A stretch of 64,000 nucleotides of DNA from IMG/VR virus record IMGVR_UViG_3300045988_124542, positions 1-64,000 of that record; one strand, given 5' to 3'. Shown in pieces: positions 1-10,434 of this stretch (within the stretch, counting starts at the first letter, position 1; every line of letters starts with the position of its first letter). Source of the stretch: a virus. The position numbers and the translations under genes are program-made. The notes beneath the pieces were generated by a model. It was given only the letters and a program-made list of their open reading frames with translations, ran no database searches and was not told the origin of the DNA.

Positions 1-104
1 TCTGAACTTGTTAGAAACAATAATCAGGAGATGGTGGTAGATAGGAATGCCATTAGAGAACAGTTGTATTCAGAAGATTTGTATTAACTAAAAAATAAAA
101 CAAT

Positions 105-455
105 ATGGGATTTATAATCAGAAAGTCAATCATTTATAATATGATGGACGGCAATCAGTTAGAGTATGAATTTGACAACAGGGATTTAGATCATATCACA
201 TTTAAAGGTGATGGTAAAGAATCTTTTTCATTTAACAGAGCACTTGTTGAAAATTTAATTGAGACATTTGAAATCATGCAGAATATATACTCCGATAATT
301 ATAGGCTTAAGGTTTATACTGGTAATTGCATAATTCAATTGAACGTAAATCCAAAGGACCCCAGTGAATCCTTTTTTGACGTATATGATAGAGATGAGAT
401 GGAATTGATATACGGAATAAAGATCAGTATTCTGAAAGAAATGTTTATCATATGA
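105..455 (+). CDS. hypothetical protein
   Basis: 116-aa ORF, first in + strand block, overlaps next ORF start by 4 nt (translational coupling). Confidence 0.4.
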   Translation: MGFIIRKSIIYNMMDGNQLEYEFDNRDLDHITFKGDGKESFSFNRALVENLIETFEIMQNIYSDNYRLKVYTGNCIIQLNVNPKDPSESFFDVYDRDEMELIYGIKISILKEMFII

Positions 456-769
456 TTACTAAACAAGACATACAAGCAGCAGCATCGTATATTTTCCGAA
501 GCAGTTTTGTCTCGGAGGACCAGGCAAGGAAAGCAATGGTAAAAGCCGGCAATAACGCTACCAAGATCCTCGTCAAGACCTTTAGAGGCAAGTTGTTCAA
601 GAAAGCTTTTGAAAGAGCCCGTAGAGGAAAGGATATCAGTTCTTTTGAAAGACAGGAAAAAGAAAGTGGTTTCAATTTTCTACATAATCCTAATAATGGT
701 CGTATGCAAAGCGGTCATATTATAACAGATGGAATTGGTCTGTTTAAACAAATAATTCATGAAAGGTAA
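452..769 (+). CDS. hypothetical protein (basic)
   Basis: 105-aa ORF coupled to upstream ORF; no recognisable motif. Confidence 0.4.
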   Translation: MITKQDIQAAASYIFRSSFVSEDQARKAMVKAGNNATKILVKTFRGKLFKKAFERARRGKDISSFERQEKESGFNFLHNPNNGRMQSGHIITDGIGLFKQIIHER

Positions 770-942
770 AAAAGTTGATATTCGTTTAGGCAGAGGTCTG
801 GCGAATCAGATTAAGATAAACAAAACCATCCCAGTGTCTCATAAACCAAAAGAAGAACGTCGAATGATGTTTATTTGTGGTGATGATATTGCTTCTCTTA
901 TAAAGCGGTTTGAAAACGAATCAAAGTAATATAAAGTAGGAC

Positions 943-1302
943 ATGTATCTTGTCCGATTTTTTTTATATATTTGTGGCATGGCAAGAGGTTATTATTGGA
1001 TACCACAAACAGATGAAACGTTAAATGGCAGAAGCTATTACGTGGCTAAGATAGTAGGAGATATCACGTTTGATACTAAACGAAAAAGAATCGTATTTCA
1101 AGCTGATAGGTATTTCCCTGTAGGATCTGTTTTCCATTTTACGCACAATTGCTTCAACTATATCATAACTTGCCGACTTCGTAAGCCGGGGCTTTGGTTT
1201 GAAGCCAGGAGAGAAGATTCAGGCTCTATTTGCCCTGAAGATATTGAGCGCTTTGAATCGGGAAGGTTTATACACCGAGATGGGTACATGCATTACATAT
1301 AA
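943..1302 (+). CDS. hypothetical protein
   Basis: 119-aa ORF upstream of giant gene; weak hairpin + T-run follows at ~1355-1395. Confidence 0.3.
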   Translation: MYLVRFFLYICGMARGYYWIPQTDETLNGRSYYVAKIVGDITFDTKRKRIVFQADRYFPVGSVFHFTHNCFNYIITCRLRKPGLWFEARREDSGSICPEDIERFESGRFIHRDGYMHYI

Positions 1303-1444
1303 GCTGAACTTGACGATTTTTCGTCAGATTATAATTTTTTTTCATATTATTTTTAAGCCATCAGACTGAGAAGTTAGGTGGCTTTATTTTTTATGATATG
1401 CTTGATTTTTAACTACCTTTGTCTCATAACAAAAATGTTTTACT

Positions 1445-4400
1445 ATGACATCAACGTGTATTATTAAAAGAGATAATAAAAATAAAGTTGTTTCTGTCTC
1501 TACCAGATCAGGGGACAGGTCTATGTTGTTTGATAAAATAGCATCTATTCCTCTTATGGAGAATAGGGAACGGGCTACTACTGTTTTTAAAACCGTATTT
1601 TCTAATAAGTTCTTAAAGGCTTTTGGTGACTGGAGAAAGAGAGTGCCTATCAACAAACCGGCTTATAATAAGGTAAAATCCAACATCGATCTTATTCCGG
1701 AAGCCTATAGAGAAAGGGTGCTGGATAAGGCGTCTAAGATGAGTAACCCTGTTCTTGTGTCAAAATCAGATGCACCTTATGAAATCCAAGAATCGGGCTT
1801 TGGATTTTACAGCCAAGATCTGGGTGATAATATTATGTTGGTGGATGCTATGGTTCCGTCAAGTATTTCCGTACCGGAAGGACCTGGAATAGACGCCGGG
1901 CAGTATCTACAAGATGCTATATCTTCGGACTTTACTCCCGTATCTATGGTACAGGATAAGGGTGTTAATTATATGGTTATAAAAGACGGTCTTAAGATAT
2001 TTAGCCCAGAAGAGTTACCACAGACAGATTCTAATCCTGTGGGTGTAACGTATCAGACCGGAGAGCCTCGTTTGTTTTTCATGAATGATCGTAATCAATT
2101 ATTTGAAGATTACGGAGAAGCTCTTCGCTCTGGCGGGAATGATATCAGAATAGGATTCTTATCAGGCATCGTTCAAGAATCTACCGTGGATGGAGTGGCA
2201 GACATTACTTACAAGGCTGGAAAGTATGTTCTTAATAATCCCAAGTCTTTTATACCGGTCATGACCGCTTCTGCTTCTACTTCTTTATCAACAAAAGGCG
2301 GTATAATTAACTACCTTATAAAGAAAGGTCTTTTGTCCGGATCCAAGATATTCGATCCGGAAACAAGAAGCTATTATATTACAGGAGAAGGACATACAGG
2401 ACAAATTAGACTTTTCAATTCAGCCTTATCCTACACTGAGCTCCGTAATCATTTTGGTTCCGATGTTTCCATGAACGACCAGGGTATGATAACCATAAAT
2501 TCATTGGATAATAGTAAGGTAACTATGAGACTCGCCACCGGAGGAACAGAAAGAGTTAGCAAGGAGCAGATAAAGAGCGATCTTAAGTCTGGAAGATACA
2601 ATGAATTGGATGCTAAATACGATCACTTTGATGCGCTTGTAGTTTCATTTATATTAGAAGACAATGATCTTTATGCTGATACTAAAGCTAAGATAGTATC
2701 GGATTATAGCCAAGAGGAACGTAATCAACGAAATTCTATTGTTGAGATACTGAAAACGCTGGGCGTTAGTGTCGTTGGCATGACCGATTATATAGAGAAG
2801 TACCAAACTAAATACGGACACGAACCTTCTGCTAAGGCATTGGCGGATATTGCCAATAACGTAATAGCAGTCGGTGAAGATGCTACTTTGTCTGACTTAG
2901 TAGAAGAAACAGCACACTTTCTCGTAGAGGCGTACAGAGATCAGAATGCTGTTGAATCTGTTTTGCAAGATGTAGAAGGCACTGAAGAATGGAATCAGTA
3001 TGCAGGTCAGTATTATAATACATACGGTAAGGTATATGAAGGCTCTGAACTTGATAATGCTGTTAGGAGAGAAATTCTTGGAAAGATCCTCGCCAGGGAG
3101 ATGCAGACCGGCACAGCACAGGCGCCGGTAGAGCCCACCTCCTTCCTGGGGCGCGTCCGGCAGCTTCTCTCTGGAATTGTAAACTGGCTTAAATCAGCTT
3201 TATCAACCCAAAGACAGGATTTGAATAACGTTATTAAAAATATTCGTGATCTTGCTATTACCGACATAGATAAAGGATTTGATACTTCTCTTTTGAAGGA
3301 TAATGATTTTACATTATATTCCCTTTCTTCTATGAAGAAGAACAAGTTTCTTGAGTCTAAGATCCGGGCATTGAGAAAAACGTTAAGAGACTTACGTCAG
3401 ATAAGCTCTGATAGGGCTGTAACTACGTCTATGACCCTTGCCCAGCTTAAGACCATAGAAGATAAGATAAATAAAGTAGAGACCGAAATAGACAAGAATG
3501 AGATGGCGGCTGCCATGAACAGCATGATCTCTACAGCCGAAGCTCAGGTCAGATACTTAAGCAATGTGGTGAACACCATCCTTCATGGTGATACCAAAGA
3601 CGGTAAGCTTCATTTCAATACCAATGATCGAAAGAACGTAGATATTATCAACAATCAGGTTCTTCCGATCATGAACGATCTTCGAGGATATATCCGTAAC
3701 AGAAGTACCGAATTTGATGAGCGTGAAAAGCAGGATTATACAAATAGGATCAATACCGTCATTGCCGACATCAACGGTATTCAGTCTGATATTAAATCAG
3801 TACAAGATCTTGATGAAAGTACGTTGCTTGACAAGTTAATGAACGAACTTCATGTGCCGGCAGATAAGGTAAAGAGAGTAAAAGAGTTCTTTGATAAGGT
3901 TCAACATGATGTGTCCTGGATAAGTAGGTGGTTTGGTATATTAGAACATTCCTCCAGCCCGTTCAATAACGCTCTTGGAGCTATGATTGCCAAAGACAAT
4001 TACAATGCGATGGTGAATGCCCAGCCCGCCATATCCGACTTCCTGGCATATGCTAAAAAGCATGGTTTTAACAAATCTGAATTTGAAAAACTGCTTCAGA
4101 AAGTAGACGGCAAAACTTCTAATTACCTTCGTAGTGCTCTTGATATGGCTAAATACGATCGTAATAAGAAGCTGGCGCAGATGCGAGCGTTTGCGACTGC
4201 CATGAACATAGAGATATCAGAAGAAGAAATTGGTGATGTGGTTGACAATAACCGTAATTACGTATTTAAAAGAGAAGTAGTTGACAAGGATGGAAATACG
4301 GTTACTGAAAACGCTAAATTCAAACCATCGTCTGATAGAGTTAATACCGATATTTTTACCATCGAGCAGGAAAAGATTTATACAGAACAGATGGAAAAGT

Positions 4401-7400
4401 GGGATGCTGAAAATTCGGAACTGGAATTTAGCGAAAGTTATGCCACAAGAATGGAATCCATATACAAAAAGGCTGAAGAAGAATTAGGGTATCCGGTTTC
4501 TCAAACAACCAAAGAATACCTTAATGCTCTATCCAGGCAAAAACGGATATTGAGGCAGCCTTTTATTGATAGCGGTGGTAATTTTGATGAGGTTGCCTAT
4601 TTTAAAAGCAGCAATTACGAAGAAGAAGGACTGCTTCGTAAACAACGTAAGGAAGCAGCTTCAGAATACATATATGTAGGAACCAGGAGAGTGGAAAAAA
4701 CCGGCGACCAACTTAAGATGGCTAAAGAAATACAAGCTATAAATGAAGTTTGGAGAAAGGAATCAAATAATGTTACCAATGCCGTATCAGAATCGTTTTT
4801 GCAAAAATTAAGAACGATTCAGAGCGAGTCGGGAGGAGAAGCTGCGCTGAAGACACTTATGTTGGGAGGTCACCTGTCGTTCAATGATCGGTTTTGGAAT
4901 GAAGTAGAATCGGAACAGTCGGCGCGTACCGAATCAAATAACAAGGCTTCGTATCTTAAAATGGCGCATGATATCATTGGTTCTACGACAAGTGATAGAG
5001 ATGCGACTGACGTGGATTCGATTGTGAAAGATATAGAAAAAAATAAGGCCATTATCAAGGAAATAATCGGAAACAACCGAGATGTGGCTGATATCGGAGA
5101 AATTAACGAAGCGACATTTACCTTATCTGAAAGAGATGCTTTTAGGGCCGCATCTGAAGCTATTGAAGCTGATTACGCTATTTTAATAGATTATGCTAAG
5201 ATGGTGGGTCTTGAAGATATTGATAAGTACCTTACTAAAAGCAGTAAGGCCGAAAACGAAGTAAATCAGTCTTATTTAAATGCTCTTGCTGACTCCAAGG
5301 AAGTGGAATGGAAGTTCGTACAACGTCATACTACGGCGAAGAAAGCAAAAAGGATTCAGGCTTTAAGGGATAAGCTGTTTAAGGCTGCTGATAACCGATA
5401 TCTGTTTACCGTATCTGAAACCAACTACCTGTCAGAAAAGCTTGGTATAAGCAAAGAATTAGACGGTAGAGATTTCAGGAATGCTGTTAATGCTAAGATG
5501 GCCAGCTTGTTTTTAAATAATACAAGAGAAGAGGGTGTAGAAGAAGCTAATGCTATTGTTAATGAATTTGCCAGGGGCCAGGTCTTTTCCTACTATAAAC
5601 GCATGGCGCCTACCGGATATGCGGCTATGATCGACAAAATAGGTCGAGGTGAGATAGATGTGGCGCAGATGGTTAAGGACGTGCAAAACGGTACATCCAC
5701 CCAAGATTATGGCATGAACATATCGTACCTGTCTTTCGATCCTGCAAGGGCATGGGTGGCTGAATCTGAAGCCGAAAATAACGGCCGTAATCCTGATTAT
5801 GTAAAAGATCATGGGTATGGTCATCGAATGCCTAAGAAAAGCCTGTATCGTGATGAATCTTATTTCAATGACTTTGGTATCAAGTATGATGCTGACGGTA
5901 ATGAAGTTGCTACTAAAAACGTAGAGCAGTGGAATATGATTCAAAAACTCAAGGAAATAAAAAGACAATCCCTTGATCTATACAAAGAGCAGAGCCCGAA
6001 CCTGTATGCTATTCCACAGATATCAAAACAAGATATAGAACGTATAGAAGGATTGGGTATTAACTTCAAAAATACGGTTCGTAATTTTGTATCAGATCTG
6101 TGCCTGGACAGAGTAGACGATTCTTTATACGGTAAAACCAGGCAAGGAGAAGTGTATGATCCGGAAGACAGACTTAGGTCTATACCTAAATACTACATAT
6201 ATGAATTGGAGAACCAAGATGATGTATCTCACGATTTTGGCTACTCTTATTCGATGCTTATGATGCAGTCATCGTTATACAACGAAAAGCAGAAGTCTAT
6301 AGAGCTCGCTCAAGGACTGGAGCAGATGTTACTGAATAAACAATTTGAAGGTGGTAAAAAGGCTGAAGCAACCCAAGCATATCAGATGTTCAGGGACTTC
6401 TTCAACGATCATTATTATGGCATTAGGATGAACACCAAAAAACTTACGGTGAACATCGGAGGATATACGGTAGACCTTACAAGAATTATGATGGCTGTTG
6501 AAAGATTTATGTCGGTCATGAACTTGGCACTGTCCCCGTTTGTGGCAGCTACCGGCGCCTTAACAGGTCATATCAACCTCATCATGGAATCTGCCGTAGG
6601 ACAGTATATAAGTAAAGATTCCCTTAAATACGCATCGGCTGAATTTTCACGCCTTGCTCCATCTTGTATAGCAGAAACCGGAGACATAGATAGGAAAAGC
6701 AAATTATATGTCATAGGTGAGAGAATGGGGATATTCAATATCCGAAATCGTATGTATGGTGCCGGATACAATAGAGTGGCCAGGACCTTAATGCGTTCAC
6801 CTATGTATGCTTTTATGGAAATCCTGAACTACCCTCTTGATCCGCAGGTTATGATTGCTACTATGGACAATGTTCGTTATTACAAAGGTCGGTTCTACAC
6901 GTTCCAAGATTTCAAGATGGAAAAAGAACGCAATAAAGAACAGAGTACCATAAAAAGAGAATGGAATGCATTAAAAGATCGTACTTTATGGAGTATGGTA
7001 GACGTCGTGGATGGGAAGGTGGTTGTAAAGCCAGGATCGGGTGTTACTGTTGAGGAAGTTGAAACCCAGATGGCTATAACCAGGAATCAAGTCCGTAGCT
7101 TGTCGCAGATATGTAACGGATCTTTGAATGAAGAAAACCGAACTGCCGCATCGCGCAACTGGATAGCCAGGTTCATGACCGCCCACCGAGGATGGTTGGT
7201 GCTGGCGGCTCAACGTCTGTGGAAAAGACGTGGCTTCAATTTCCAAACAATGCAAGAAGAGGAAGGGTTGTCAATTACGTTAAAGAATATGATAGCCAAA
7301 ACATTTAGCCTGGCTTCCGAGTCTGGTATGAAAAACATCATAGATGCCTGGAACGAAAATAAAGACAATATGAATGAGGTAGAAAAAACTAATCTCAAAC

Positions 7401-7867
7401 GCCTCAGTGTCTATGCCGGCACGTTCCTTATCATGCAAGCCGTATCCATGCTTCTTGCCGGATGGCGTGATGATGATGAAAACGAAGAAAGTTGGCTTAC
7501 TCAATTTGGATCTTACGTTGGATTCAGAACCATAAACGAAATAGCTTCACAGATGCCGTTTATTATGGAGCTTAACGTTGTAGATATCATTAACGACCCG
7601 TTTGTTATGGGAAGGAAGCTGAAGGATCTTACCGATCTTAGGAATTATTCACTTGATAAAGTAACATCCGGTACATACAAAGGAGAGTCTAAGCTATTTA
7701 GGCAACTCGCCAAACAGACGTTTATCAAACAATGGTATAATATCAAGACGCCGGAAGACGTAGCGCGCGCCTATAATTGGTGGCAGCAGACAAACAACAA
7801 GTCAATGATGTTCTTCATCGGCGCTACTCCTGATTCGGAAGGAGACGATGACGTTAGTTACAAATAG
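1445..7867 (+). CDS. giant 2140-aa protein, probable virion/ejected (tail or cargo) protein; function unassigned
   Basis: Uninterrupted 6.4 kb ORF; long charged coiled-coil-like central region; C-terminal hydrophobic helices (LALSPFVAATGALTGHINLIM, VYAGTFLIMQAVSMLLAGW) reminiscent of tape-measure/ejection proteins; no polymerase DxDGD motif seen. Confidence 0.85.
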   Translation: MTSTCIIKRDNKNKVVSVSTRSGDRSMLFDKIASIPLMENRERATTVFKTVFSNKFLKAFGDWRKRVPINKPAYNKVKSNIDLIPEAYRERVLDKASKMSNPVLVSKSDAPYEIQESGFGFYSQDLGDNIMLVDAMVPSSISVPEGPGIDAGQYLQDAISSDFTPVSMVQDKGVNYMVIKDGLKIFSPEELPQTDSNPVGVTYQTGEPRLFFMNDRNQLFEDYGEALRSGGNDIRIGFLSGIVQESTVDGVADITYKAGKYVLNNPKSFIPVMTASASTSLSTKGGIINYLIKKGLLSGSKIFDPETRSYYITGEGHTGQIRLFNSALSYTELRNHFGSDVSMNDQGMITINSLDNSKVTMRLATGGTERVSKEQIKSDLKSGRYNELDAKYDHFDALVVSFILEDNDLYADTKAKIVSDYSQEERNQRNSIVEILKTLGVSVVGMTDYIEKYQTKYGHEPSAKALADIANNVIAVGEDATLSDLVEETAHFLVEAYRDQNAVESVLQDVEGTEEWNQYAGQYYNTYGKVYEGSELDNAVRREILGKILAREMQTGTAQAPVEPTSFLGRVRQLLSGIVNWLKSALSTQRQDLNNVIKNIRDLAITDIDKGFDTSLLKDNDFTLYSLSSMKKNKFLESKIRALRKTLRDLRQISSDRAVTTSMTLAQLKTIEDKINKVETEIDKNEMAAAMNSMISTAEAQVRYLSNVVNTILHGDTKDGKLHFNTNDRKNVDIINNQVLPIMNDLRGYIRNRSTEFDEREKQDYTNRINTVIADINGIQSDIKSVQDLDESTLLDKLMNELHVPADKVKRVKEFFDKVQHDVSWISRWFGILEHSSSPFNNALGAMIAKDNYNAMVNAQPAISDFLAYAKKHGFNKSEFEKLLQKVDGKTSNYLRSALDMAKYDRNKKLAQMRAFATAMNIEISEEEIGDVVDNNRNYVFKREVVDKDGNTVTENAKFKPSSDRVNTDIFTIEQEKIYTEQMEKWDAENSELEFSESYATRMESIYKKAEEELGYPVSQTTKEYLNALSRQKRILRQPFIDSGGNFDEVAYFKSSNYEEEGLLRKQRKEAASEYIYVGTRRVEKTGDQLKMAKEIQAINEVWRKESNNVTNAVSESFLQKLRTIQSESGGEAALKTLMLGGHLSFNDRFWNEVESEQSARTESNNKASYLKMAHDIIGSTTSDRDATDVDSIVKDIEKNKAIIKEIIGNNRDVADIGEINEATFTLSERDAFRAASEAIEADYAILIDYAKMVGLEDIDKYLTKSSKAENEVNQSYLNALADSKEVEWKFVQRHTTAKKAKRIQALRDKLFKAADNRYLFTVSETNYLSEKLGISKELDGRDFRNAVNAKMASLFLNNTREEGVEEANAIVNEFARGQVFSYYKRMAPTGYAAMIDKIGRGEIDVAQMVKDVQNGTSTQDYGMNISYLSFDPARAWVAESEAENNGRNPDYVKDHGYGHRMPKKSLYRDESYFNDFGIKYDADGNEVATKNVEQWNMIQKLKEIKRQSLDLYKEQSPNLYAIPQISKQDIERIEGLGINFKNTVRNFVSDLCLDRVDDSLYGKTRQGEVYDPEDRLRSIPKYYIYELENQDDVSHDFGYSYSMLMMQSSLYNEKQKSIELAQGLEQMLLNKQFEGGKKAEATQAYQMFRDFFNDHYYGIRMNTKKLTVNIGGYTVDLTRIMMAVERFMSVMNLALSPFVAATGALTGHINLIMESAVGQYISKDSLKYASAEFSRLAPSCIAETGDIDRKSKLYVIGERMGIFNIRNRMYGAGYNRVARTLMRSPMYAFMEILNYPLDPQVMIATMDNVRYYKGRFYTFQDFKMEKERNKEQSTIKREWNALKDRTLWSMVDVVDGKVVVKPGSGVTVEEVETQMAITRNQVRSLSQICNGSLNEENRTAASRNWIARFMTAHRGWLVLAAQRLWKRRGFNFQTMQEEEGLSITLKNMIAKTFSLASESGMKNIIDAWNENKDNMNEVEKTNLKRLSVYAGTFLIMQAVSMLLAGWRDDDENEESWLTQFGSYVGFRTINEIASQMPFIMELNVVDIINDPFVMGRKLKDLTDLRNYSLDKVTSGTYKGESKLFRQLAKQTFIKQWYNIKTPEDVARAYNWWQQTNNKSMMFFIGATPDSEGDDDVSYK

Positions 7868-8004
7868 ACGAAGAATATCGGACTTGCATTGTTTTTGTAT
7901 GATTCCAATATGTTATATTAGCATCGTCAAAGAGTAGATTGTACGTTTTTTTGTTCTTACTTGAAAGATTATGTAGGTTTAATTTTTTCTGAAATTGTTT
8001 TCTT

Positions 8005-8047
8005 ACCGGTTCTCAGTCAGAGATGATAGGGAACCGGTTTCTTTTAT
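8005..8047 (+). terminator. hairpin (ACCGGTTC/GAACCGGT, 8-bp stem) followed by TTTCTTTTAT; candidate terminator of giant-gene transcript
   Basis: inverted repeat read directly in sequence; lies inside the annotated 5' extension of ORF 7995-8699, arguing that gene really starts at 8081. Confidence 0.4.
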
Positions 8048-8080
8048 GTTGTCAATTATTGCTATCTTGCAAACAAAAAT

Positions 8081-8699
8081 CATGAGACGAAGATTTCAAA
8101 TAGGGATGGGGGTAAATCCCTCGCTTATAATCAATAAAGGCATATACATCCAACATGTAGATGGAGGATTATATACAAAAGAAAATTGGTCTAATAAAGG
8201 ATATTCCAATGATCTATGCAATGGAATAGCTCTTGTAGATAAAGTGTGTTTTGTTATAGCCACCGAATATATTGGCACATTTCGTTGGGGTAAGGATGGA
8301 GAAATAGACAATATATTTGCACAAGATAGTTCTCATATTGGAACTATTAAAAAGGATTATTGGGGGCGTGAAAATCAGAATGCGTATCTTGAATATGATA
8401 CCAGTAATACAGATTACGCTTTTAATAAAGCTAATAGCTATTTATTTAAAAATGGTCAAAATGGATATGTAGGTGGCGCCGGAGAGTTTTTTTTGATATC
8501 ATTGTATGCTAATGAAATAAACGAATGCCTTTTAATGGTAGGAGGTACGATAATGAGTAATAGAATGTGGACATCCACTCGAAATACAAAATCTACCTAT
8601 TCGTGGTATTATGATATAAACATCCAAGGAGATCATTTGGATACAGGTTCAAGGGGTAGTTCACATTATGTCCGCCCTTTTACTGAATTAATTTTATGA
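8081..8699 (+). CDS. hypothetical protein, MRRRF N-terminus (possible surface/receptor-binding-type protein)
   Basis: ORF track gives 7995-8699; internal start MRRRFQIGMG at 8081 matches N-terminus MRRRFENIK of the next gene and avoids the upstream hairpin. Confidence 0.45.
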
Positions 8700-8703
8700 A
8701 ATT

Positions 8704-9153
8704 ATGAGAAGAAGATTTGAAAATATTAAGACAGTTGCCGGCGTCAAGATCCCTGTTTTTGCTTGTTCGATTTCGGCCCCTACAACCACATGGCGAAATC
8801 CTGTACCTATTCTTGGTTGTAGATACCGATCTAATGGAGCAACTATGGCGGCTTCCTATGTTTTAGATGAAATTAATAATAGCAAGGTATGTACGATGGG
8901 CGGTAATCCTATAAGTTGTACGATATCAAATTCTGGACAATATATCCAGGCTTACTTTAATGAAGGACAGGTAACAGGTGATATTATATTACAGTTTACG
9001 ATTGGAGACGTTTTTTATTATTTCTTTATTACAGAAGGATCCAATCAAGTACCTCAACTGAAATTAAGTCCAAGTACTCACCTTATTCATTCAATATATA
9101 AGATAAGTACAATTGGCAGCTTTGTCCCTATTGATACCTATGTAGAATTATAA
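8704..9153 (+). CDS. hypothetical protein, MRRRF N-terminus
   Basis: 149-aa ORF starting 5 nt after previous stop; shared MRRRF start. Confidence 0.45.
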   Translation: MRRRFENIKTVAGVKIPVFACSISAPTTTWRNPVPILGCRYRSNGATMAASYVLDEINNSKVCTMGGNPISCTISNSGQYIQAYFNEGQVTGDIILQFTIGDVFYYFFITEGSNQVPQLKLSPSTHLIHSIYKISTIGSFVPIDTYVEL

Positions 9154-9218
9154 TAAAAGATATAAAAATAGTACTAAAATGTATTAGTATAAGATAAGAC
9201 GGTTATTAATCATATATT

Positions 9219-9265
9219 ACAATAATCCCCAACCGTACACCTATTGTATGGCCGGGGATTATTGT
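9219..9265. terminator. bidirectional hairpin terminator between convergent genes
   Basis: ACAATAATCCCC...GGGGATTATTGT 12-bp stem between + gene end (9153) and - gene end (9268). Confidence 0.55.
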
Positions 9266-9267
9266 AG

Positions 9268-9516
9268 TTACCATCTTTTCTTGTAACAAGAATCCACTAC
9301 CTTTACCTTTTCTTCTTTGTTCTTACCATAATTAAATTCATACGCATCTTCGAATGAATAAAAAACAGCATAATACGACACGCCAAACATATTATATTTT
9401 ATTCTGTTTTTCCATTTCCCAAAAATGTTTTGATATTGGCACCAATATTCTATTTCCCCATTAGTTAATTTCCTTTCAAATATTCTAATAGGAACATGAA
9501 ATAGATTCCTAAGCAT
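9268..9516 (-). CDS. hypothetical protein
   Basis: 82-aa ORF, first gene of long minus-strand block. Confidence 0.4.
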   Translation of the reverse strand: MLRNLFHVPIRIFERKLTNGEIEYWCQYQNIFGKWKNRIKYNMFGVSYYAVFYSFEDAYEFNYGKNKEEKVKVVDSCYKKRW

Positions 9517-9997
9517 TAGCTTTATGACCTTCCCTATCTGTGAAAACTAAACCAATACCTTCTATAATATATCCTACTACAGGAGCTTTGTCAAATTCCT
9601 CCTTCGTAGCCCAAGTGGCATTATCAGGCATCAGATCCTTAAATGCATCCGAAACATCACCTTGGCACCAGCAGTTATTTGATACAACAATGCCTTTCCC
9701 TTCGATATTGATATACATTTTTCTTCCACCGCATCCAAGGCTGTTCCATCCGCTCGGTACGTTTTCCACCATAGGCTTAAGCACCCAGCTTTCACCGTCT
9801 ATCCTAACCCATCCTGGATCGTCTTTGTGCTTGTCGTACATATTTTGCCAAAAAGAGCATTCGTAGCACCACCCCCTGTCTTCCATGACAGTTCTTATCT
9901 CACACCTTTCAAATCCATCTGCATCCATCGTGTGCGGAGAATGAGGCTGGTGAGGAGTGCCACATTTTGGACATACGAGTTTTAAATTATTTTCCAT
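9509..9997 (-). CDS. zinc-ribbon protein, paralog family member A
   Basis: N-terminal CPKCG...C..C motif; conserved blocks IDGESW and DLMPDNATW shared with ORF 29824-30267. Confidence 0.6.
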   Translation of the reverse strand: MENNLKLVCPKCGTPHQPHSPHTMDADGFERCEIRTVMEDRGWCYECSFWQNMYDKHKDDPGWVRIDGESWVLKPMVENVPSGWNSLGCGGRKMYINIEGKGIVVSNNCWCQGDVSDAFKDLMPDNATWATKEEFDKAPVVGYIIEGIGLVFTDREGHKANA

Positions 9998-10235
9998 ATT
10001 GTTTCACTTTTATGATCTTAATAGAATCTCCTATATTGTATTCCCCTTGGTATCCAACGAATTTTATAAGTCTATTACTGTTAAATATTGAAAATCCTCC
10101 GTCTTCACCATAATACATCACACGCCCACCCTGTAAAGGACGTAAATCATATATAACCCATCCGTTATTAACCTGACTATCATCATGCGAACATGATGAT
10201 AACACAAGTGCCATCAATAAAACAAAATACCTCAT
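9987..10235 (-). CDS. small lipoprotein
   Basis: MRYFVLLMALVLSSC signal peptide with lipobox cysteine. Confidence 0.5.
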   Translation of the reverse strand: MRYFVLLMALVLSSCSHDDSQVNNGWVIYDLRPLQGGRVMYYGEDGGFSIFNSNRLIKFVGYQGEYNIGDSIKIIKVKQYGK

Positions 10236-10242
10236 GTTATTT

Positions 10243-10434
10243 TCAACATAAAAATTTATAACCTGGTTTTACTGCCTCTGCTTCTTCTCTCGTATCAAAC
10301 ATTAAGATAGTAGTTGATTCTGTACCTTCACAAATGTAAGATACTTCCACCCACCACCTAAAAACCCCAGAGCCATAATCATCATAGTACGGCTCAGAAA
10401 GAACTTCTTCTACATACCCATCCAAATAATTCAC
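10243..10434 (-). CDS. hypothetical small protein
   Basis: 63-aa ORF coupled to neighbours. Confidence 0.3.
   Translation of the reverse strand: MNYLDGYVEEVLSEPYYDDYGSGVFRWWVEVSYICEGTESTTILMFDTREEAEAVKPGYKFLC

Noticed and set aside
1445-7867. Calling the giant ORF a crAss-like virion RNA polymerase
   Set aside because: No convincing DxDGD/double-psi beta-barrel catalytic motif found by eye; left as unassigned giant structural/ejected protein.
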